Source of the DNA: an uncultured Spirochaetota bacterium
GTDB taxonomy: Bacteria > Spirochaetota > Spirochaetia > JAFGXN01
Reading direction: 5' to 3'
Length of the DNA stretch: 64,000 nucleotides
NCBI GenBank assembly: GCA_944388995.1
Contig: CALXKN010000008.1
Span: 17,160 to 81,159, forward strand
Part shown: piece by piece, positions 49,196 through 56,655 of the stretch
Position numbering within the stretch: position 1 is the first letter of the stretch
How the letters are laid out: each line of letters begins with the position of its first letter
Position numbers and translations under genes: made by a program
Notes under the pieces: model-generated
The model's input: the letters and a program-made list of their open reading frames with translations, nothing else
What the model was told of the DNA's origin: nothing
Database searches by the model: none

Positions 49196-50356
49196 ATGAA
49201 ACAGAAAATTGTTTATATTGCCGGCTTTCGTCAGCATGCCGGAAAAACAACCACCTCGCTCGGCATGATCCATTCGTTGAGCCGAATTTTCGATCCCGAC
49301 GACATCGGCTACATTAAACCGGTCGGTCAAGAAACCGTCGAAATCGAGGATGGAAAAAAAATCGATAAAGACGCGGCTGTCATCAAAAAATTCTGTCTGC
49401 CCAATCTCGACCTACGCTATGTTTCTCCTGTTCAAATTGCTTCCGGCGTCACGAAACAGTATTTGACTTCAAAGCATAAATCGCATTTGACAAAAGAGTA
49501 TGCGCAGAAAATTGCCGACTCCGTCGAAAAAATGAAAGATAAAAAAATCATTATCGCTGAAGGAACCGGACACCCCGGCGTCGGCAGCCTCATCGGATTA
49601 TCGAATGCCGACGTCAGCAAAATGCTGAAAGCGCCGGTTTTGTATTTAGCAGGCGGCGGCTTGGGTAAAAGCCTCGATATGCTTTCGCCCGATTTGAGTT
49701 ACTTCACCGTCAACGGCGCCGATTTCCGCGGTGTGATTTTCAATAAACTTTTTCCGCAAAAATTGGATGAGATGAAAGGATACCTCTCCGAAAAAAATAT
49801 CAACGACATTTACCGCCGCCGTCGCTCACTGTCGGTGCTCGGCTATTTTCCCGAAGACGATATTTTGAATCAGCCGTCAATGGCGCTGTTGGTCCGCAAA
49901 TTTCCCAATGCGTATTTAACGGAAATTGTCAGTGAAAAACAGTGGGAGAAGCCGTCGCGTTCGGTAAAAATCATCACTCTTCCTCATCAAATTTTCGAAC
50001 CGGAAGAGTATCTTCATGCCGGAGATATTGTTCTTCTGAATGCGGCTTCGACAAGAAGGTTAAAGAAGATTTTGGAATTCAACAGTGTTCTTGAAGATAA
50101 ACTCGGCGGCATCATCCTCTCTTGCAGTGACAAACAGCCTCGGGAGGTTTTAGAGGAAAAAGCAAAGCTGCTTGAAAAACAGAATCTGCCGTTCTTTTTC
50201 GTTCCGCTGACAACAAGTGAAATTGAGACAACAGTCAGAAAAGCCGCTGAAAATACAAAATTGCAAATCTACGACGATGATAAAATCGCCAAAGTCAAAG
50301 CCATGTTCGATCACTATTTTGACTTGGAAAAATTTCGGAGAATTTATAAAATATGA
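49196..50356 (+). CDS. P-loop protein with BioD/CobQ-like (AAA_26) N-domain and DRTGG-like C-domain (phosphotransacetylase N-terminal-like module)
   Basis: P-loop AGFRQHAGKTT and AEGTGHPGVG (BioD-like EGAGG). Confidence 0.4.
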   Translation: MKQKIVYIAGFRQHAGKTTTSLGMIHSLSRIFDPDDIGYIKPVGQETVEIEDGKKIDKDAAVIKKFCLPNLDLRYVSPVQIASGVTKQYLTSKHKSHLTKEYAQKIADSVEKMKDKKIIIAEGTGHPGVGSLIGLSNADVSKMLKAPVLYLAGGGLGKSLDMLSPDLSYFTVNGADFRGVIFNKLFPQKLDEMKGYLSEKNINDIYRRRRSLSVLGYFPEDDILNQPSMALLVRKFPNAYLTEIVSEKQWEKPSRSVKIITLPHQIFEPEEYLHAGDIVLLNAASTRRLKKILEFNSVLEDKLGGIILSCSDKQPREVLEEKAKLLEKQNLPFFFVPLTTSEIETTVRKAAENTKLQIYDDDKIAKVKAMFDHYFDLEKFRRIYKI

Positions 50357-51177
50357 AAAATCCCAATGAAGACTTTAAACGCATTACGGTTGACCAAAAT
50401 CTCTTCGACACCATTCGCCGAAAAAACGCCTTTATCTGCGATATGGATGGTGTTCTGTATCACGGCAATCGCCTGATTCCCGGCGCCAAAGATTTTATCG
50501 AGTGGCTGAAACGGGAAAAGAAAAAATTCCTGTTTCTCACCAACAGCTCCGAACGATCACCGCAGGAGTTGGCTGACAAACTGCACCGGTTGGGAATTGA
50601 TGTTGATAAGGAGCATTTTTATACCAGTGCTCTGGCGACAGCCGAATTTCTGGCGTCCCAAAAACCGGGCGGCAGTGCCTATATTATCGGGGAAGCAGGA
50701 CTGATTAATGCTCTTTACAATGTCGGATATACAATCAATGATGTCAATCCCGATTATGTGGTAGTCGGAGAGGCCCGAACCTACAATTTGGAGGTACTGA
50801 CTCATTCCGTCAATCTGGTTCGACGCGGCGCACGGCTGGTCGGCACCAACCCCGATATTACGGGACCGGTTGAGAAAGGAATTATGCCGGCGACGGGAGC
50901 GCTGGTCAAACCGATCGAGCTGGCAACGGGGAAAAAATGCTACTTTGTCGGAAAACCGAATCCGCTGATGATGCGCACCGCTTTGAAAAAATTGGGGTGT
51001 GTGCGGGAAGAAACGGCGATTATCGGCGACCGGATGGATACCGATATCCTCGCCGGCGTCGAAACCGAAATGGATACCGTTCTCGTCTTATCCGGCGTCA
51101 CATCGCCCGAAGAAATCGACACCTATGCTTACAGGCCGAAAATTGTTATCAATGATGTCGGGGATTTTGCCCGGTAA
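50353..51177 (+). CDS. HAD-IIA family phosphatase (NagD-like)
   Basis: HAD motifs: I (ICDMDGVLY), II (TNSS) and III/IV (K…GDRMDTD). Confidence 0.8.
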   Translation: MKNPNEDFKRITVDQNLFDTIRRKNAFICDMDGVLYHGNRLIPGAKDFIEWLKREKKKFLFLTNSSERSPQELADKLHRLGIDVDKEHFYTSALATAEFLASQKPGGSAYIIGEAGLINALYNVGYTINDVNPDYVVVGEARTYNLEVLTHSVNLVRRGARLVGTNPDITGPVEKGIMPATGALVKPIELATGKKCYFVGKPNPLMMRTALKKLGCVREETAIIGDRMDTDILAGVETEMDTVLVLSGVTSPEEIDTYAYRPKIVINDVGDFAR

Positions 51178-51324
51178 CAGATAACCGGGTTATATCCGAA
51201 AAAAGAGAAAAAAACGGACGAAATATGAACGTCCGCTTTTTTTATATTGACAGAAAAATGAACATAAATTATATTTGTAGTGAGTGTATCACTCATTTTA
51301 AAACATTTTTTATGAGAGGAAGAG

Positions 51325-53007
51325 GTGGAGTTTATGGGAAGTTTTTCTGTTCGGAAACGGAAACAGTTCGTTTGTTTTTCTGTATTAAAAGCGTTGACAG
51401 CAGCAGCCGTCTTAACGGTCATGTCGTGCGGCGGAGCCGTAGCTGTCGAAAATGTCAAAGTCACGCCGACGGCACTGTCGCTGGGCATCGGCGAAACGGC
51501 GGTTTTAAAAGCGGAAGTGGAACCGGCAGACGCCTCCGTGAACGCGGTGCTTTGGAGCGTTACGCAAGGAACGGCCGTCACGGTGGACGGATACGGCAAG
51601 GTCACGGCAATGACAGCCGGTACGGCAACCGTCACAGCGGAAACGGTCGACGGCGGTAAAACGGCTTCGTGTACGGTGACGGTCGGCAGTATCAGCGACG
51701 GAACAGGCGGAACAGACGGAACAGGAGAAACAGGCGGAACGGTGGCCGTTGAATCCGTTACGCTTGACCGTTCGTCGGTGACGCTGGGAGTCGGCAACTC
51801 GGTCACGCTGCAGGCAACGGTCGAACCGGCGGAAGCAGCCGCCACGGTGGTCTGGAGTCTGGCTTCCGGTGACGGCATTGTGACGGTCGACCAGAAAGGA
51901 CGTATTACGGCAAAAGCGATCGGTGCGGCAACTGTGGCTGTCGAAGCCGGCGGTGAAACGGCCACCTGTCTGGTTACGGTCATTCGGGAAGGTGTCATTG
52001 CCGATTTGGCTTTTATTGACGCGGTTGAAAGAGATATGCAATCAACTTGGGGCCTTAACGACGGTTGGGTTAAAGAAATTGACGGAACCGTACGGATGAA
52101 TTGGCGAAATATGAAAATCGTTAAAGAGGTTACAGAATTGTACTTGAGTAATGAAAATCTTTCTTCTTTGGACGGAATCGAATATTTTACCGGTTTGGAA
52201 TTGTTATCCTGCAGCAATAACCGGCTGACAGCATTGGATGTCGGAAATTTGCACAATTTAAAAACATTGTATTGCGGTAACAATCAGATAGAAACAGGGA
52301 AGCTGATTTTACCGCCGCAGCTTACCTATTTGAGCTGCTCTGATAACCGGTTGGAACAACTGGATGAAACGGTATTACCGGCCGGTCTGACGGAATTGTA
52401 TTGCCAAAATAATCCGCTGACAAAATTGGAAGTGGGAACGCTTACGAAACTGACAAAATTGGACTGTGCCGGAGGACAATTAACACGATTATCGGTAAAC
52501 GGATTAACCGAATTGACCTATCTGGCCTGCGGTTTTAACAATCTTTCTCATCTGGATATAGCAATGGGTAGAGAAGAAATCAATTCAAATCTGGAAACAT
52601 TGTACTGTCAGTATAATAATTTGGCTTATATAAACGTATATGAAATAAAGACATTGAAAGTTCTTGTCTGTGACAATAATAAAATCAGCAGTTTGAACCT
52701 ACCGTACTCGACTTCCACAGAGCAAAGTCCGTTGTACTATCTGACATGTTCCGGAAATAATATAAGCCGGCTGGATGTGGCAAAGTACATAAAGCTCAAC
52801 GCTCTGGATTGCGAAAAAAATGAAATAACCGAATTAAATATTACTAAGCTGACCGGTTTAACATCAACATCTTTTTTCCGCTGCGGAGGGCAGAGAAATG
52901 AAAGCAATCAAATGGTTTTACATCTGACAAGTGATCAGAATACTTTATGGACAAAGAATTGGAAAAAATATAACAACGGTGTCGAAACCCGAATCGCAGA
53001 GCCGTAA
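51325..53007 (+). CDS. Surface lipoprotein with three bacterial Ig-like (BIG2) domains and C-terminal leucine-rich repeats
   Basis: Lipobox VMSCGG. Three ~85-aa BIG2 repeats (VxVTPxxxSLxxGET…). About 12 LRRs (LxxLxCxxNxLTxLDV). Alternative start at 51334. Confidence 0.75.
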   Translation: MEFMGSFSVRKRKQFVCFSVLKALTAAAVLTVMSCGGAVAVENVKVTPTALSLGIGETAVLKAEVEPADASVNAVLWSVTQGTAVTVDGYGKVTAMTAGTATVTAETVDGGKTASCTVTVGSISDGTGGTDGTGETGGTVAVESVTLDRSSVTLGVGNSVTLQATVEPAEAAATVVWSLASGDGIVTVDQKGRITAKAIGAATVAVEAGGETATCLVTVIREGVIADLAFIDAVERDMQSTWGLNDGWVKEIDGTVRMNWRNMKIVKEVTELYLSNENLSSLDGIEYFTGLELLSCSNNRLTALDVGNLHNLKTLYCGNNQIETGKLILPPQLTYLSCSDNRLEQLDETVLPAGLTELYCQNNPLTKLEVGTLTKLTKLDCAGGQLTRLSVNGLTELTYLACGFNNLSHLDIAMGREEINSNLETLYCQYNNLAYINVYEIKTLKVLVCDNNKISSLNLPYSTSTEQSPLYYLTCSGNNISRLDVAKYIKLNALDCEKNEITELNITKLTGLTSTSFFRCGGQRNESNQMVLHLTSDQNTLWTKNWKKYNNGVETRIAEP

Positions 53008-53039
53008 TCCGCACCGGACTTATTGATTCAACAGATAAA

Positions 53040-53072
53040 ACGAAAACGGCCCGGATTCGGGCCGTTTTCGAT
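53040..53072. terminator. Bidirectional terminator hairpin
   Basis: aaaacggcccg-gattc-gggccgtttt. Confidence 0.7.
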
Positions 53073-53403
53073 AAGGAATATTGTGCGGAAAGCGGATCAT
53101 AAAGAGAGAAAACACTCATTATAAATGAGATAAAAATTCAATTTAAACAAGGACAAAAAAGAAATCCGTTCGGGCATTCCGAATACTTTAATGAGTACAT
53201 TAATCATTTAAAATGAGTAAACCGGCCGTCTTCCGGGTTGCGCCGGAAAAATGTCTGTTTGTCCTTGGCAGAAATCACTGCCGTCGGAAAGAATCGCCGA
53301 CAGGTTAAACTGTCGACGGTCTGATTCGGTCGGCATGGTTTTACAGCGGCTTTTCAAACCGATCGAGGCGGCGCCATTCTGCCTGAGCACTCATAAATGA
53401 TTC

Positions 53404-55218
53404 CTATTCTTTTTTTTCGAAAACGTATCTGATGTCAAAACTGTCGAGAGCATCAAATGTCACATTTTCCCATTTATTGCGAACGGCCAAAAACGCATAC
53501 GGCCGCACCAGATAAACCAGCGGCACCTCTTCCCAAATGATTGACTGGTAACGGTCCCACAACGCTTTCGCCTTTTCGGCATCCGCGGTGTAGGAGGCTT
53601 CCGTATACAGACGGTCGATTTCGGCTTCCCATTCGGTTGCCGGCGTTTTCTGATTTGGATACCACATATGGAGGTTGCCGCCGCTCGGCCACACGTTGAC
53701 GCCCTGGCTCGGAAACAGGTTGCTGCCGGAAAGCGCAATCGACAACGACTGCCAATCGAACGAGTAGAGGAGGGAGTCTACCATTTTCGCAAAATCGACC
53801 GTGCGGATTTCCATCGCAATTCCCTGTTTTTTCAAATCATCGGCATAAATGTTGGCAATGTCCGACAGCTGCGGATTGTCAGCGGAAATCCAAAAGTCAA
53901 ACGCGACGGCGTTGCCCTCTTTATCGCGTAAAACGCCGGCAGAGTCCTTCTCCATTCCGATAGACGTCAACAGCGCGGCCGCTTTTTCCGGATTGTAAAA
54001 ATAGTTGAAAACAAGACTCTCCTCAAACACCGGCGAGGCTTCATGAAAAAAGTGGGTGACCGGTTTCGCTAAACCACGGTAAACATTGCGGATGATTTTT
54101 TCCCGATCCAGAAGGCAGCTCATTGCCTGCCGGAACTCTTTCTGTGAAAACCAATTATAATACTTGCGAGGCAGCGCACTGCGGTTAGGGTTTTGATTCC
54201 ACGTGATAAAAGCCGCTGTCGGAGCCGGACCGCCGTTAATCACCTCGTAACCGCCTTTTTCCTGTTCGGACAGCACGGAATCCAAATCGGCAGGCATCAC
54301 CGACAGCGTTTCCAGTTCGCCGTTTTTGAAAAGCAGCAGCTGCGTTGAAGGATTGGAAACGAACGAAAAACGCACCGTATCAAGGTAGGGCAGCCGCTGA
54401 CCGACGCTGTCTTCCAAAAAATAGTGCGGGTTGCGCCGCAGCTCCAAAACCAGTCCGGGCGTGTAACGGCTGATGTAAAACGGTCCGGCAGTCGGAACGG
54501 TGCTCGGATCGGTATTAATGGTAATAAAATCAATGACACGTTGAGAGCCGCCTTCCTTCTTTGCCGCCTCATAAAGAAACCGCGGCCCGATTTGCAGATT
54601 CGCCGCCAACAAAGGATCGGCGACAATTCGCGGAAAAGTCAGCCGAAACGACGAATCGGTCAGCTTCTCCGCGGTAATTTCGCCGCGGCTCCCGTCCGGC
54701 ATCGGCACAAACATCCCCGAATATTCAGCCATATTCAAAGCCGGATCTTTGATGATTTCCTCAATCCAAAAAACAGCGTCGTCGGCATTGAATGCGATTG
54801 TTTCGCCTGTCTTCGGCACAAACCAACACAAACCCGACTTAAATGTGAAATCAACCTCGGTGACCTGACGCTGCTCATCAACACGGACTTCAAAATCGGC
54901 AATGTGCCCCGACCATTTTTTTTCATAAACATCATATTCCAACAAATACGGACAAAGGTAACTCATCACAGCGCTCGTTGGTAAATCATTGATACGCGTC
55001 AAATTGAATGTCGACGGGTCCGACTCCATCGCCTCGTTCCAAACCCCACCGTAACGTCCGATTTTCCGCTCTCCGCCGCCCGGCCGAACCGTCATCTGCG
55101 ACAGAAAGCCGTTTTGGGCTTCCGCCCGCAAAGCCGCCGCCTCCTGCGTCGACACTTCCTTTTTCGGACCGCATGAAACTGCAGCCGCCGCCAAAACCGC
55201 CAAAAAAAAGCCCTTCAT
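53404..55218 (-). CDS. ABC transporter substrate-binding lipoprotein, family 5 (peptide/nickel, OppA-like)
   Basis: Lipobox AAVSCG. 604 aa with SBP_bac_5-like length and pattern. Confidence 0.75.
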   Translation of the reverse strand: MKGFFLAVLAAAAVSCGPKKEVSTQEAAALRAEAQNGFLSQMTVRPGGGERKIGRYGGVWNEAMESDPSTFNLTRINDLPTSAVMSYLCPYLLEYDVYEKKWSGHIADFEVRVDEQRQVTEVDFTFKSGLCWFVPKTGETIAFNADDAVFWIEEIIKDPALNMAEYSGMFVPMPDGSRGEITAEKLTDSSFRLTFPRIVADPLLAANLQIGPRFLYEAAKKEGGSQRVIDFITINTDPSTVPTAGPFYISRYTPGLVLELRRNPHYFLEDSVGQRLPYLDTVRFSFVSNPSTQLLLFKNGELETLSVMPADLDSVLSEQEKGGYEVINGGPAPTAAFITWNQNPNRSALPRKYYNWFSQKEFRQAMSCLLDREKIIRNVYRGLAKPVTHFFHEASPVFEESLVFNYFYNPEKAAALLTSIGMEKDSAGVLRDKEGNAVAFDFWISADNPQLSDIANIYADDLKKQGIAMEIRTVDFAKMVDSLLYSFDWQSLSIALSGSNLFPSQGVNVWPSGGNLHMWYPNQKTPATEWEAEIDRLYTEASYTADAEKAKALWDRYQSIIWEEVPLVYLVRPYAFLAVRNKWENVTFDALDSFDIRYVFEKKE

Positions 55219-55254
55219 GCCGCCATAGTAAAAGAAAGCCGCCGTCCTGTCAAC

Positions 55255-55421
55255 CTTTTCGTTTTTTGGGCGCGCGCCCCTGCGGGGCGCCGGGCTTTCC
55301 GCTGCAATTCGCAGCCTCCCTGCGCCTTCACCGCGGCAAAGCTGCCGCTTTGCCCTGCGCCTTCTCTCCGTCGGCAGCTCATTTCCGCTTCAATCCCTCG
55401 CGCCTTCGGCAAGGTGCTGCG
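55255..55421. repeat. GC-rich 166-bp direct repeat, copy 1
   Basis: Near-identical (1 indel) to 56426-56591. About 70% GC with internal hairpins (ggcaaagc-tgcc-gctttgcc; gggcgcgcgcccc…ggggcgcc). Confidence 0.9.
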
Positions 55422-55515
55422 GAAATCGGCATTTTATTGTTTTAGTGTAAAAATGGGAACTTCCGAAAACAGTCAACCGTTTTTCGGAAAAATAACTGCC
55501 CTAAACGTATTTTTG

Positions 55516-55524
55516 TGTTATAAT
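55516..55524 (+). promoter_or_regulatory. Extended -10 (TGtTATAAT) upstream of the MNT/HEPN pair
   Basis: tgtTATAAT at 55516-55524, about 90 nt before the MNT start. Confidence 0.4.
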
Positions 55525-55616
55525 AACTCCAATAAAAATTTCGTATGGCAAACACAGCAAAAGCAAAACCCGAAAAAAACGCCGATTAAAACCGGAGCGG
55601 AAGATTCGGGAGAAAC

Positions 55617-55922
55617 TTGGAGCGATCGGGTATGAGCTGTAATCTTCCTGAAAGCGTGGTTTTCGATATTGAACGATTCGCAAAGAAAAACAAGATTAAA
55701 AAGGTCGTTCTGTTTGGCTCCCGCGCGAGGGGCAATCATTCGGAACGAAGCGACATTGATTTGGCGGTCAGCGGTGGAAACGCGGCGGATTTTTATTACG
55801 ACGTCAATGAAGAAGCGCGGACTCTTTTAATTTTTGATGTGGTCAATCTGGACGGACCGGTCAGCGGCGAACTGCGCGCCGAAATAGAAAAGGACGGAGT
55901 TTTACTCTATGAAGAAATTTGA
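55617..55922 (+). CDS. Minimal nucleotidyltransferase (MNT) antitoxin-type protein
   Basis: GSRARG…SDIDL motif (Pol-beta NTase fold). Confidence 0.8.
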   Translation: MERSGMSCNLPESVVFDIERFAKKNKIKKVVLFGSRARGNHSERSDIDLAVSGGNAADFYYDVNEEARTLLIFDVVNLDGPVSGELRAEIEKDGVLLYEEI

Positions 55923-56304
55923 CAATTTTTGCAAAGCGCTTTCGAATTTGCGGGAAGGATTGCAGCTTGAAGAACCGTATTCTGTCGTCGAACGGACGGG
56001 CATCATCGGGCTGTTTGAAATTTGCTTTGAGCAGGCATGGAAGCTGATGAAAGCGGTTTTGGAAGAGCACGGCAGGACAATCGACCGCGTCGGTTCCCCG
56101 AAAGTTGTCATTCAGCTTGCATATCAGAGCGGGATGATTGACGACAGCGAAAAATGGCTTTCCCTGCTCAGAGATCGAAATATCCTTGCTCACACCTACA
56201 GCGACGAAGATTCGCTTGCCGTGATTCGAACGTTAAAGACGGACTACGAGCCCTTGTTCGCCACCCTCAAAGAAGAGATTGAAACGCGCCGGCTTTCGGC
56301 GTAA
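55909..56304 (+). CDS. HEPN-domain toxin-type protein (HI0074/nucleotidyltransferase-substrate-binding family)
   Basis: Rx4-6H motif (RDRNILAHTY). Overlaps the MNT gene by 14 nt. Confidence 0.75.
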   Translation: MKKFDNFCKALSNLREGLQLEEPYSVVERTGIIGLFEICFEQAWKLMKAVLEEHGRTIDRVGSPKVVIQLAYQSGMIDDSEKWLSLLRDRNILAHTYSDEDSLAVIRTLKTDYEPLFATLKEEIETRRLSA

Positions 56305-56425
56305 AGCGGAGGCGCGAAACAACTGAGTCCGGTATGAAAGTAGAAGAAATGGGAGCGAAAACTCTTTCAATCGCCACTGATTCTGCCAGCATCTTTACAT
56401 TTGGCTCCGCCCCCCCTCGCTGAAT

Positions 56426-56591
56426 CTTTTCGTTTTTTGGGCGCGCGCCCCTGCGGGGCGCCGGGCTTTCCGCTGCAATTCGCAGCCTCCCGCGCCTTCA
56501 CCGCGGCAAAGCTGCCGCTTTGCCCTGCGCCTTCTCTCCGTCGGCAGCTCATTTCCGCTTCAATCCCTCGCGCCTTCGGCAAGGTGCTGCG
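56426..56591. repeat. GC-rich 166-bp direct repeat, copy 2
   Basis: See copy 1. Preceded by a C7 tract (56410-56416). Confidence 0.9.
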
Positions 56592-56655
56592 AAAGAGGCG
56601 TCTGAAAACTATAAATATGAGAACAATCTCATTTAAACCTCATCCATTTTTATCT

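Noticed and set aside
51129-52283. 384-aa minus-strand ORF
   Set aside because: Entirely antisense to the BIG2/LRR gene, with S/T/P/V-rich low complexity generated by the reverse complement of the GT-rich repeat codons. No start context.
55008-55445. ORFs 55008-55445 (+), 55215-55412 (-), 56367-56582 (-), 56401-56850 (+) across the GC-rich repeats
   Set aside because: Reading frames are not preserved between the two repeat copies (indel). Pro/Arg/Ala-rich translations are typical of GC-rich non-coding DNA.
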